From Octopus sinensis (lineage: Eukaryota), in the NCBI RefSeq assembly GCF_006345805.1, contig NC_043013.1, positions 34,844,001-34,908,000 of the forward strand: DNA of 64,000 nt, read 5' to 3'. Under the pieces are notes generated by a model. It worked only from the letters and a program-made list of their open reading frames with translations. It was not told the origin of the DNA and ran no database searches. A program made the position numbers and the translations under genes. Numbering within the stretch: the first letter of the stretch is position 1; every line of letters starts with the position of its first letter. This document shows, one piece after another, positions 1 to 12,289 of this stretch.

Positions 1-964
1 GAGAATAGTCCGAGAAAAACACTTGTGTAGTTAGTTATATGGCTGAAGTGACTGAATGTGAAGAGAGATAAAGAAAAAGATTTCTCTCTCTCCATATACA
101 CATATCATCATCATCATCATCATCATCATCATATATGTATGTATATATATATAGCATATATATATGCATGTGTGTGTCTGTATATGTATATATATATATA
201 TATATATACGTGATTAATAAATATCCCATATGTTCCATCTCTCATCTTTCATTTAACACACACACATATATGTACATATAGTGAGAGAGAGAGAGAGAAA
301 GAGAGACAGACAGATAGAAAGATGTGTGTGTGTGTGTGTGTGTACATGTACACACATATCCTCAATGAAATATTGAAGACGTGTTTCCATCAATATAACA
401 GCATGATTGAGCTTTTATTAAATTTCTGTTAATTAAACATACTCGGTAATTTATTAATATGCACACTAACAATTTTCTTTAAGCTGCTCTCGTTTCTCAA
501 TGTCTCCAGCTAGAATTTGAAACAGACAGAAAGACAAAAAAAAAAACAAAAACAAAAAAAAAAGCTAAAAATATTAAATACATGCAAAAGAGAAAACAAA
601 GGAAAAGTATAGCTGAATGTCAATCATGAAAGTAAATTTCTCATAACCCAGACATTTGTTCTTAGAGATGAAATCAATTCCTTCGTAATAATTAAAAATA
701 TAAAGAAAAAAAAAATTATAAATCTAATCCACAAACACGAACAAAAGAAACAGATACATAGAAAAAGTAAAGACAAAAAATCATTAGATATAAGCAAATT
801 TAATTGTAATTGAGATGTTCTTCTGACTTTTGTACTTATCTACAATTGAAACTGCTCAATAGTTCTTATATAATATATTGCAAATTTACATTTAACTTGA
901 AAATATCTCCTTTCAATTCAAGTATGTTGTTTTTACTTTCAAGTGGTGGGAGACATTTTCACAT

Positions 965-999
965 GGCAGCCATATTGGACATTTTCGAGCATTGTGGGA
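965..999 (-). promoter_or_regulatory. Candidate YY1 plus ZNF143/SBS-like motif pair
   Basis: The minus strand reads TCCCACAATGC (999-989) then CCAATATGGCTGCC (978-965), in non-repeat sequence. Motif match only. Confidence 0.3.
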
Positions 1000-1178
1000 T
1001 ACATTGAAGAGACAAAAAAGGAGGAAAAAGAGTAGAGTGAAGATAAGTCAAATGAGAGAGAGAGAGAGAGAGAGACTCTAGACTGATTCAAGAAAGAAGA
1101 GCTATGAGAAAGAGAAAGAGAGAGAGAGAGAGAGAGAGGTGGTGCACCTGAGCACTGTATACAATAATTTCATTATTA

Positions 1179-1312
1179 TCGATAAATTAAGTACCAGTTA
1201 CGCACTGGGGTCGATGTAATCGACTTAATCATTTTGTCTGTCCTTGTTTGTTCCCTCTATGTTTAGCCCCTTGTGGGCAATAAAGAAATAAGAATTATTA
1301 TTATTATTATTA
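1179..1312 (+). mobile_element. SINE family B, 5'-truncated
   Basis: tcgataaattaagtaccagtt...ctggggtcgatgtaatcgac...gcaataaagaaata plus an (att)n tail; matches the 3' half of the copies at 42356-42835. Confidence 0.85.
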
Positions 1313-1631
1313 TAGAAACAAGTGAGAGAGATGAAATACCAAAGAGAAACAAGAAACAGAGAGTTAAGAGAGATTTGAGAAAGAGTCAAAATTCGAGAAG
1401 TCCAAACCAATGATGCATAAATTTGACTTCTGTTTATTTCTCACATAAAATTATTTAAATCTGACCAAATTATTATGGTTTCTGCTAAGAAGAGTTTTGT
1501 ATATAACGACAATATACTTTTGTTCTTACTGAACTACCTCTACACTCTAACTTTTACAGAAGTAGTTTCATTTTATTTTTAGTTTATATATATATTTATA
1601 TATAATTTAATCATCTTCTTTTCCTTGCAGT

Positions 1632-1696
<65 letters not shown>

Positions 1697-1713
1697 CATA
1701 TATATACACACAT

Positions 1714-1764
<51 letters not shown>

Positions 1765-2377
1765 GAATCACTTCTGAACAGAGAAGTCAGCTCAAAACAC
1801 CACATCTCTAAAGATTTCCTGAAGAAGAAGTCCTAACCCCGAAATATTGAAATGCAAGCTAAAAGTACAATTCATTGTTTTGCAATATTTCTTATAACTT
1901 GCCTTGTTTAACTTAAACGACCCCAGCTAAAAACATCTATCAATCAATAAATATATACATAATCCAAATAAGACAGAGAAAGTGCTTTGCACATCTTTAA
2001 TGATCAGTTACAATTGTTTCAGTACCAACTCTGTTTTTAATACCAACACATACAAAATTCCCATGTGAAATGTTACACAATATTTGCTCTTTTAAATATG
2101 AGAGTGGCACTTTGTCAGACTTGCATCAAAATGTGCACTCTTGTATATATTTACTGTAATTGGCACATCACATCTTGTACATTTTATATGTTGCCTGATG
2201 ATCAGGAATGTGAAATTCAAATGACTAGATGAAAGCTACTACTTGCAATAACTATAAACGATACTCAATCCTTGATATTAAGTATCATTTTGGACTTCTT
2301 AACATACAATACACATACATGGAAACATACATATCTACATACATACAGACATACATATCTACATACATACACACACA

Positions 2378-2800
2378 GTATGGTAGCAGCCATAGCCACT
2401 CATAATAAAAAGGAGAACTGGTGGACTGTTCCAATGAAGACCTCAATAAAATGTAAGCACAATAGACCTGATATAATGATCTGGGATAGAGGAGAGAAAC
2501 TGTGCACAGTTGTTGAAATTAGCTTCCCAGCAGATGTTAACGTTAAGTTAAAGATCAGTGAAAAAGAGAATACATACACAGAACTAGAGAGAAATCTGCA
2601 GTTACTCTATCCAGATTACAAGTTCAAGTTTATATCTGTAATTATTGGGGCCCTGGGATATGTAACACACTGCCTAAATACCAATCTTGGGAAATTAGGC
2701 TTCTCAAAACCAGAAAGGAGAAAGCTAATTTGAAGACTACAGATCCAATCCATCACTGGAACTGTAAAAATCTGTAAAGCTTTCCAGAAGATTATCATTT
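2378..2800 (+). pseudogene. Non-LTR retrotransposon 3' remnant, restriction-like endonuclease domain (R4/Dong/NeSL-like)
   Basis: Translation HNRPDIMIWDRGEKLCTVVEISFPAD...IIGALG fits the PD-(D/E)xK RLE pattern; an in-frame stop lies near 2733. Confidence 0.8.
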
Positions 2801-3041
2801 AAATACATATATGCAAGTCTAGATATGTAACTATAGGCATGAGAATACACGTATAATGCAAAACATACAAATATCCACATATACATACAAACATGCACAC
2901 ACACACACACACACACCACACACACACAATGGTTCATGGTTTAGGTCTCAAAAACTATGAAGAAGAGTTTCAATGTTGATGCATCTTCTTGAAGGTAACA
3001 TACCTTTCAGAAAAATCTATCAGCACACTGAAAGACTTGTG

Positions 3042-3083
<42 letters not shown>

Positions 3084-3085
3084 TA

Positions 3086-3489
3086 CTGTTTTACTGTTTT
3101 ACTTTGTTCAGTCATTTGACTGTGGCCATGCTGGAGCACCGCCCTTAGTCAAGCAAATAAACCCCAGGACTTACTCTTTGGAAGCCTAGTATTTATTCTA
3201 TCAGTCACTTTTGCCGAACTGCTAAGTTACAGGGACATAAACACACCAGCAATGGTTGTCAAGCGATGTTGGGGGAACAAACACAGACACACAAACATAT
3301 ACACAGACATACATATATATATACATATATACGACGGGCTTCTTTCAGTTTCCATCTACCAAATCCACTCACAAGGCTTTGATCGGCCCGAGGCTATAGT
3401 AGAAAACACTTGCCCAAGGTGCCACGCAGTGGGAATGAACCTGAACCATGTGGTTGGTAAGCAAGCTACCTACCATACAGCCACTTCTG
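3086..3489 (-). mobile_element. SINE family A (tRNA-derived, internal (TA)n/(TG)n)
   Basis: Head with A-box tggctgtgtgg-like and B-box ggttca..ccc-like motifs, conserved body, (aaagagt)n tail; about 18 copies in the window. Confidence 0.9.
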
Positions 3490-3569
3490 ATAAACATATA
3501 TATATATATCAGAAATGCACTGGCACACAGACACTGACAAACAATGGAAGAAGTTGACTCAAAAATAAG

Positions 3570-3720
3570 TATAGCCATTGCTTGTTAATGGCTGCAAACT
3601 GAAGATCACTTTTTAGCCCAGCTGATGATCTGCAAGTTTTGTCACAACCAATACATAAATGTTTCTTCTCAGTTAAAGGCAATGCAGAATCATGATGATT
3701 GTTATCATCTTTTAAAGCCA
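3570..3720 (-). pseudogene. RTE-type LINE C-terminal C2H2 finger remnant
   Basis: Translation HLCIGCDKTCRSSAGLKSDL resembles the CxxC...GLxSH terminal finger of RTE ORFs. Confidence 0.5.
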
Positions 3721-4458
3721 CCAGTAAAATGACATATATTGCTTCTGATGGTAATGAACCATTAGTAACTTTTATTTGTTTTATGAAATTTTGAATGACT
3801 AACAAGACTAGCCTTAGAAATAAAAACTCAGTAACGAATTGTACAAGATGAATGTTTGAAGAGATTTTAGAATTTTGGGGCTTTTTCTTTTCTTGCCACT
3901 TGTTCTAATTTTGCATGTTTAATGTGTTCTGTTCAAAACACCTGGGTGTATAAAGTGTATTTTTCTCCTAGGTACCAAACTTTACCTTTTTCAGAACAGA
4001 TTTAAGGTAGTCATTTTATCATAAATTTTGAGGGTACTTTTTCACAGAATATCATTTTATACAGATTAGGTTAATCTGAATTCTTTAATCTTCCTTACAG
4101 ATTATATGATCTACCTGTCTTAGTTTGCTACAATATAAGAGAGCTTCCATTCTGACAGCATTTCCTAAATCCAGAAACTCTATGTTGCACCTGTAGTCTC
4201 TCCAAGATATATGCAAATTTAGTCAAAGAAACAGGTGTTAAAAAAAGGTTACTAATTGCTTACAAGGTTTTAAATATAAGGTCTATGTTGTACAGTAATA
4301 CAAAAGCAAACAAGATTCACATCTTAAAAGTAGGTATTTTTGTGACATTTTTTAATATATCATTGAGACTATAACAGAGGTAGTAATTTTACAAAAGATA
4401 TTGATGACTTCTAAATACTATCTGCAATTTCTTCATATATACATACATACTATATATA

Positions 4459-4534
<76 letters not shown>

Positions 4535-4535
4535 A

Positions 4536-4838
4536 TCATCATCATCATCATCGTTTAACGTCCGCTTTCCATGCTAGCATGGGTTGAACGATTTTGACTG
4601 AGGGCTGGCAAACCAGATGGCTGCACCAGGGTCCAATCCTGATCTGGCAGATTGTCTACAGAGGGATGCCCTTCCTAACGCCAACCACTCCGAGTGTGTA
4701 ATGGGTGCTTTTTACATGCATCCAGCACTGGGGCCAGGAAGGTGGTACTGGCAATGACTTTGCTCAAATATTTTTACACATGCCACCGGCACAGCTGCCA
4801 GTAAGGCAACGCTGGTAACGATCACGCTCAAATGGTGC
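4536..4838 (-). mobile_element. 5'-truncated RTE 3' UTR copy with (GAT)n tail
   Basis: catcatcgtttaacgtccg...gcccttcctaacgccaaccactcc; same family as 35915-36900, with two about 60-bp subunits. Confidence 0.85.
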
Positions 4839-5205
4839 TATATATATATATATATATATATTCTTCTACTCTTTTATTCTCTTGCTGGAGCATGTTTATT
4901 TCACATGAATTCAGAAACTGAGAAAATGTGAAATAATTTGCTTTTAGCATTTGTATAGCACCATTTAACATCCACGTTCCTTGCTAGCACGAGAGGAATA
5001 GTTTGAGAGGGTTCACTACCCAAGGACTGCATCGTGCACCAGTGTTTGATTTAGTGTAGTTTCTGTGCCTGGATGACCTTCCTAACACAAATTACTTGAC
5101 AATGGATACAGAGTGCTTTGTAGTGCCACTAATACACGTAAGCATGAGATGCAGTTTACAAATCCTGTGTATATGTGTGTCTATGTATGTATGTATGTAC
5201 GTATA

Positions 5206-6002
5206 CAAGATTTGATCAATAAGTATCAAAATTGTTGCCTTAGTACCGAAGTTAAAGCATACAGAGTGAAGCTGCTAGGCATGGACTGACCTTGAACTCA
5301 GCTGTGCATGCACACTAAGTTTCAATGTTCTAGCTCACCTCCGTTGTTTATAGCCATGCTTGGAAGGAAAGTGTGTAGTGTGTGATCATCACATTGACCA
5401 TGAAAGAGAAAGTTGTTATGGTGACATCTGCTCAGAAGCCTGCATAAAGTTGCAGAAAGTGTATGGAAAGGGGTGTAAGATCTACACACAAGTGTACAAG
5501 TGGTTCAGACATTTCCAAGAGCAAAGTATCACAGATGTGCATGCAGCTGTGAGGGTAAATCATTGAATCACCATCTGTGAGTTATCAGAGGATTTGCAGA
5601 TTAGTTATGGTTCAGCTCAATCCATTATCACTGTTTGTGCCAAAACTGCTTTCAGCAGACCAAAACGACACTCAGGTTTCAGTTCAACAAGATCTCCTGA
5701 ATTGTGTCAGGAATGATGAAAACTTTTTGAAAACTTTGCATAGGCCTCTGAGCAGGTATCACCAAGTTTTGGCAAAATTTGATGTAGATTCTCTGCTCAA
5801 CTTTCTCTGTCATGATCAATGTGACAATTACACACTACACATGTTACTTCCAAGCACTGCTGTAAACAGCGGAAGTGAGCTAGAATGTTAAAACTTAGTG
5901 TGCATACACAGCAGAGCTCAAGGTCAATCTGTGCCAAGCACCGTCACTCTTGCGTGCTTTAGCTTTCTTACTACAGCAATGGTCCAGATATTGATCAGAC
6001 CG
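5206..6002 (+). mobile_element. Internally deleted mariner/Tc1 transposon
   Basis: About 130-bp imperfect TIRs (5206-5335, 5880-6002), TA on both sides, decayed transposase N-terminus (KLQKVYG...VYKWFRHF; VPKLLS...NDENFL). Confidence 0.85.
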
Positions 6003-6045
6003 TATATATATATATATATGTGTGTATGTATATCTATGTGCACAG

Positions 6046-6432
6046 GCACAGGAGCAACTTTGTGTTAAGTAGCATGCTTACCAACCACATGGTTCTGGGT
6101 TCAGTCCCACTGTATGACACCTTGGGCAAGCGTTTTCTACTATAGTCTCAGGTTGACCAAAGCCTTGTGAGTGAATTTGGTAGACAGAAACTGAAAGAAG
6201 CCTGCCATGCGTGTGTGTGTGTGTGTGTGAGTCTGTTTGTGTGTCTGTCTTTCTTCCCACAACATTGCTTGACAACCAATGTCGGTGTGTTTACATTCCT
6301 GTAACTTAGCAGTTCGGCAAAAGACTGATAGAATAAGTACTAGGCTTACAAAGAATAAGTCCTGGAATCGACAGAAGGCGGTGCTCCAGCATGGCCACAG
6401 TCAAATGACTGAAACAAGTTGAAGAAAAGAAA
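6046..6432 (+). mobile_element. SINE family A
   Basis: Head, body and tail match the family consensus. Confidence 0.9.
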
Positions 6433-6444
6433 AATTAAAGAAAA

Positions 6445-6495
<51 letters not shown>

Positions 6496-6609
6496 CATGT
6501 GTGTGTGTGTGTAGTGTGTGTCAGTGTGTGAGTATATGTGTGTGTGCATGTTGTGTGTGTGTGTATGTGTGTGAGTGAGTGTGTGTGTGTGTGTGTGTGT
6601 AACTGGGGA

Positions 6610-6770
6610 GCTGACAAAATTGTTGGCATGCTTGTTGAAATGCTTACCAGTATTTTGTACAGCCTTACATTCTGAGTTCGAATTCCGCCCAGATTAACTT
6701 TGCCTTTCATCATTCCAGGGTCAATAAAATAAGTATCAGTAGAGCCCTGGGGTCAACGCTCTTGACTTAA
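6610..6770 (+). mobile_element. SINE family B, diverged
   Basis: ctgagttcgaattccgcc...tttgcctttcatc...ctggggtcaa. Confidence 0.75.
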
Positions 6771-7008
6771 CTTGACTTAACTACTTCATAAGAGTATGAA
6801 AATACTGCACCACTCAGCCAAGCCATGTTGAGCCAATGTGGAAGAGTAGGCTTATCGAACCAATATGATTGCAAGCTCAAATTCACAGACTCCACATCAG
6901 ACTGTCGTTGATGGCGGGAACATGCTGAGGCTTTTGTTCTGCAATGGACTGAACACAGGCAATCCAATATATATATATATATACACACACATATCTATAT
7001 ATATATAT

Positions 7009-7210
7009 ATTACAGAGATGTACTTGCATAGCAAGTGACCTGATCTGAGAATCGTATGCTGGTACGAAAACAATTGCAGCGTGGGAGGCGTTTATAAGCC
7101 ATTTATAAACACACAAAACTATTAGATTCACTTTAACATTTAAATTTAATTTACCAAAATGTTTTCATCGCTTTGAGACCCCGACCTGTTCACTGACAAA
7201 ATTCTGTGCT
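7009..7210 (-). mobile_element. Penelope-like pLTR-type repeat carrying a G3-C8 hammerhead motif
   Basis: Same family as 11306-11644; ends at (TA)n. Minus strand: tttgtca GTGAACA g gtcgg..gcgat GAAA acattt tggtaaa. Confidence 0.65.
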
Positions 7211-8469
7211 CCTTGTCTTTAAATCATGTGACAGTTGTAAATGAGCATCACCGTTATGGGTCAGACAGAATTAGTTGAGGCAGATTTTCTGTGGATGAAT
7301 GCTCTACCTGTCACCAACTCTCACTTGTTTCCAAGCAAGGTAATGTTTCCCCATTGGCGAGGTATGTTTCCATAGAAAATCAGGAATGAAGGACACCCCG
7401 TGCATGAGTGTGATGCTTATTTAAAACTTCTACATGATGCAAAGACCAGGAGGCAGTAATACACAAATGCACATGTGATAGGCTTCTTTCAGTTTCCGTC
7501 TTCAAAATCCATTACAAGGCCATGGTTTGCCCAAAAGCTGTAATAGAAGAGTCCTGCCCTTAACAAGAAGGGCTATTTTCACACAGACAAACATACACAC
7601 ACATGCATACATACACATACACACATGATGTATATAGTCATATAAAGGTTAAAGTTCATATTTAAAGAACAAACAGAAAGCATTAAAGTAAAGTTACATG
7701 AAATGTATTTTAGCTGATTCGGCCGTCATTCGAAAATGGGTCAACAGGCTGTTGGAATCGAATGAACTGCAGTGTATTAGTATCACTAACACATTTATGG
7801 AAGTAGAAAATGTCTCAGAGGCTGAACAATATAATAATAGATGAAAAAACAGAAAATGGTTGAAGTAACAACATCATAAAGATTGGAATAAATATAACAA
7901 TAATAATAATAATGATAATAATAAAAATAACAATATTGATATGTATGATGATGTATGATAAAGATTACAGAAAAATGGTAAAGAGAAAAATTAGCTTCAA
8001 GCAGAAGGAAGAAATGAAAGCAAATACGAAAAGAAAGTGAAAATTTGTAATTGTCCATATGTATTAATTATCATGTGATTTTTTGTATGTTGTAGATAGA
8101 CCCCAGTAACAATAATATTAAAGAGATCTACCACAGCAACAGGCTAAAACAGGAATAAAATCTCCACACACTACCTTTACCTTCCAAATAGCTGTTTATC
8201 TCAAGAAACCGTAACAGTTTTTGTTTTACCCTAGTTTTTCTAATACACTTCTACGCTTTTTATTTTATGTTTTTTTTTTTAATTTTGTTCTGTTACTCTA
8301 GATTCATTTACACTCTTATGCAATACAAGACACACCCAAATATACCCAGAATTCCTTGCACAGATGCTATTGCTGGTGGTGCTGCTGCCAGACTGCCATG
8401 CTGGAAAGCAGCCAGCCTCAACGTGGAAATGAGCTAAGGCATATATATATTATATATATATATATACAT

Positions 8470-8559
8470 ATACATACATACATATGTACTGTTCCTATAC
8501 CCTCTCACTCAGGTTAACAGCAGTATGGTTTAACTGACTTAACAAAACTACTAACTAGC

Positions 8560-8617
<58 letters not shown>

Positions 8618-8938
8618 TATATATATATAGATATATATCTGAGATTTATCATTTTATATATATATATATACATACATACATATGTACTGTTCCTATACCC
8701 TCTTACTCAGGTTTAACAGCAGCATGGTTTAACTGACTTAACTAACTACTAACTAGCTATGTGTGTATATATATATATATATATAATTTCAACAATTGAG
8801 GGCAAAATTAATTATTATTAATCAATTTCACCAAGTGTTCAGTATCAAATACCATTCATATAATCAATTATTACATTATATAAAAGGGCTTGTAAAATAA
8901 ATTACTTTGCCGCATACTGAACTCATTAGAAATAGCAG

Positions 8939-8975
<37 letters not shown>

Positions 8976-9150
8976 TGTGTGTGTGTGTGTGTGTGTGTGT
9001 ATACATATGTATATGTATATATACATACATATATATATAGAAAGGGCGCCAGTGGTGTGTGTGTGTGTATATATATATATATACACACACACACACCACT
9101 GGCGCCCTTCCTATACTCTCTCACCCAGATTTACTAGGAGCATGGTTTAG
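8470..9150 (+). repeat. About 90-bp segment in two near-identical and one degenerate copy, separated by (TA)n/(TG)n
   Basis: gtactgttcctataccctct..cagg..taacagcag..tggtttaactgactta at about 8485 and 8683; degenerate copy at 9110. Confidence 0.8.
9042..9109. repeat. Perfect 68-bp palindrome without spacer
   Basis: aagggcgccagtgg(tg)n(ta)n(ca)nccactggcgccctt; base-by-base symmetry about 9075/9076. Confidence 0.95.
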
Positions 9151-10309
9151 CTAAAAACTTTTTTTTTAAAAAGGCATCATAGTTTTTGGTTGTTTTTTTT
9201 TTTGTTTTGTTTTGTTTTCTAAGTCATTGCCACCATCAGAAGAAATAGCATCACCACCCACAGATTTAAGCCAAACACAACTTGTAGCTTACAGTTGAAT
9301 ATGATGGAACTTCAATAGCTGAGTCAGGCAGAAATATAGTAAGATAAGGAGAAAAGAATAAATAAATTAAGTTGAACACAGAGCAGAAGATAGACATCAA
9401 GTTTTGAGAATGTTGCTTAAATGAAATAAACATGATGTGGGGATAAGCAAGTGTTTTATGTCTGTGTGTATGATATATATATATATATATATATATGAAC
9501 ACAGAAAGAAAGAGAAGTGGAAAGGCAGAGAGAGAGGGATCTGTATATAAATAGAAAGAGTAAGAGAGGAGGGGATGTGTGTGTATGTGTGCGTGTGTGT
9601 GTTGGAAAAGAAAGAAATAAGGTGATAGAGTGAAATGAGGAAATGAGATGGGGAAGAGGTGAAGAAAGTCGTGGGGAGAAAGGAGATGAAAAGGAAAAAG
9701 TGGGTGGAGTAAATAGAGAAGAAAGAAAAGGAAGAAAGAGATGAGAGAGAGAGAGAGAGAGAAATCAAACAGAAAAAAGAGAGAGTGAAAAGGGGAAGAA
9801 GATGTAAAAGAGAGACAGTAGATGAAGGGGATGCTAATCTTTGGCTAAGTGGAGCAATGACTTGGTTTTAATTCTTGGATATAAGCTGCGTTAATTCTTC
9901 AATGCTGCTAAAGTTATAGATTTTAATCTGGTTTAATCAAGAAATGTTCTGAAAGGTTTAAACCTGGCCACTAAAATAAATGCCAATGGCTCTGAAGAAG
10001 GGACAAGATGTTGCATGAGCACTCAGCTCTAGCTGCACACTTACTGTAGAAACAGCCGTTAGCTAAGAAATGTGATTACTTAGCTCTTGTTTTTTTTTTT
10101 TTTTTTCTTATTTCTATTCTGACATGGTGTTTTAATGCCAATGTATATTTTGAGTTCTGACTATTGGTTACTGCAATGAGGAATACGTGGTGGTGGTCTT
10201 CCATAGTTCAGGTAAAGTGGTTCTGTACTTTCTTGCTGAACCCACCTGATTTGTTTGTGGTGATCAAATGTATGTGTTGTATGTTAGCTCACTCCCTCCA
10301 TAAAATCAA

Positions 10310-10472
10310 CATTACCTGAACAGGTGCACAGTGTACCACACATCAGGTGTTTAAGGGAATGCAGTACTACATGAGGTGTAGTGCTTTGCTCAGGAACACA
10401 ATACACTACCTTTTCATGAATTGAAACCACAATCTCGCAGCTGTGAGGGCAACACCCTAACCATTAGGCCAT
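10310..10472 (-). mobile_element. Decayed tRNA-headed SINE fragment (CORE-like)
   Basis: Minus head tatggcctaatggttagggtgttg...gtggtttcaattc followed by gttcctgagcaaagcact. Confidence 0.55.
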
Positions 10473-10492
10473 AATTCCTGTGGATATATATG

Positions 10493-10529
<37 letters not shown>

Positions 10530-10530
<1 letters not shown>

Positions 10531-10880
10531 TCATCATCATCATCATCATCATCATTGTTCAATGTCTGCTTTCTCTGCGGGCATGGGTTGGACAGTCTGA
10601 CAGGAAACTGGGAAGCCAGAAAGGGAGGGGTTGCACCAGGTTCCAATCTGATTTGGCAAGGTTTCTATGACTGGATGTCCTTCCAAATTCCAACCACTTC
10701 AAGAGTGTAGTGGGTGTCTTTTATGTGCCATCTGCATGGGAGCTATTGACCCGACATCACCATTGGTTATGACTGAAGTGTCACCTAGCTTGACAGGTCA
10801 ACACAAGCACGGTATATCACCAAGGGTCTTAGTCACCTGTCACTGCCTTCATGAGGCCCAACCAGAACTAGAGACTGTCT
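10530..10880 (-). mobile_element. 5'-truncated RTE 3' UTR copy
   Basis: (cat)n tail plus the ggatgtccttccaaattccaaccac motif. Confidence 0.75.
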
Positions 10881-11305
10881 GTTGACCGTCTGATTGAAAA
10901 CCAATGGATGTGTTCCACTGAATATATATAAATAAACCTTCGAACAGACAGTATACAGCGACACCTGCTGGGTTCACGTACTCTACATTGATAAGGGGCA
11001 AACACCCAGAAGCTAGTCTGTGTTGAGCCAGTAAGGGGAAGCAGCTGACCTCCCCTGTTCGAAAGTTGTAATGGACACAGGTTTGGAGCTAATCAATGGC
11101 AGCATTCATCCTGCTTCTCTGGGACTACTATGTTAGCTTGGCAATAACTATTAATACCCGTAATACCCAGTACTGCTGCCGTAGACTCCTTTAGAGAGAT
11201 TTAAAAATAATAATGTGTATACACACACACGCACACACACATGTATAAATATAAATATGAATATATATATAAATATATAAATAGATATATATATATATAT
11301 ATATT

Positions 11306-11644
11306 ATGGAGATGTACTTGCATAGCAAGTGATTTGATCTGAGATCGTGTGCTGGAACGAAAACAATTGCAGCATGGAAGGTGTTTGTAAGCCATTTAAG
11401 AAACACACAAAAGCTGTTCAATTCACTTCAACATTTAAGTTTAATTTGTCAAAATATTTTTGTCGCTATAAGACCATGACCTGTTCACTGACAAAAATCC
11501 GATGCAGCATGGATTTTTGTCAGTGAACAGGTCGCAGTCTTATAGCGACGAAAATATTTTGACAAATTAAACTTAAATGTTGAAGTGAATCGAACGGCTT
11601 TGTGTGTTTCTTAAATGGCTTACAAACACCTTCCATGCTGCAAT
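11306..11644. mobile_element. Head-to-head inverted pLTR-type repeat (about 279-bp palindrome, 11366-11644)
   Basis: Arms 11366-11500 and 11511-11644 are near-perfect reverse complements joined at atgcagcat; flanked by (TA)n on both sides. Confidence 0.9.
11516..11566 (+). ncRNA. Putative minimal type I hammerhead ribozyme, G3-C8 core variant
   Basis: Stem I tttgtca/tgacaaa (7 bp), core GTGAACA 11523-11529, stem II gtcgc/gcgac, GAAA 11550-11553, palindromic stem III AATATT, site UUU at 11559. Confidence 0.7.
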
Positions 11645-11649
11645 ATATA

Positions 11650-11945
11650 TATATATATTATACAGATATAGAGTAAAGAATTATTAATTTAATTTAATAA
11701 TTAATGAATTTTATCAAGTAGTTTTGGTATGGAAACGAACCATATTCGGTCAAAACTTATACAAAAAGTTTTTTTATATATAATTATAACAATAATTAAG
11801 GGTTTAGCAACATGTTGCTTCACCACATATCGAAAATTTAGAAATAGCAGCCAAAAGACCATTATTTCTTTTCACTACAAAATATGACTCCACAGATGTG
11901 GTGAAGCAAATTGTTACTAAACCCTTAATTATAGTTATAATTATA
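11650..11945. mobile_element. Fold-back repeat with about 50-bp inverted arms
   Basis: Arms about 11777-11828 and 11896-11945 (taattaagggtttag..caa..tgcttcaccacat); related fragment at 8790-8940. Confidence 0.65.
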
Positions 11946-12084
11946 TATATATATATATACTGTAAACACTTAGTCATGCACTTTCACATTTACACACAAA
12001 CACACACACACATACACACACATATGCACACGCATACACACACAAACACATAGAGAGAGAATGAATGAGTGAGATGCACTAACA

Positions 12085-12228
12085 CTCTGCTGGTACTCAT
12101 TTTAATTGAGTTTACTGGATTATTGTGAAATGAAGTGTCATGCTCAAGGAAGAAAATACACTGCCCTGTCTAGGATTCAAACCCGCAACCCTATGCTCAC
12201 GATCCCAGTAACCAAACCATCAGGCCAT
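12085..12228 (-). mobile_element. Decayed tRNA-headed SINE fragment (CORE-like)
   Basis: Minus head tatggcctgatggtttgg...gcgggtttgaatcc followed by ttccttgagcatgacact. Confidence 0.55.
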
Positions 12229-12289
12229 AAAACTTCACAATAGAATTTAACTTTATATAAATGAACATATGTATAAAAAGTTGTCATAG

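Noticed and set aside
2194-2225. CTGATGA...GAAA hammerhead-like spacing
   Set aside because: No stem II or stem I complementarity.
10153-10212. Plus-strand exon candidate LTIGYCNEEYVVVVFHSS ending CAG/gtaaag
   Set aside because: The acceptor is weak and there is no supporting context.
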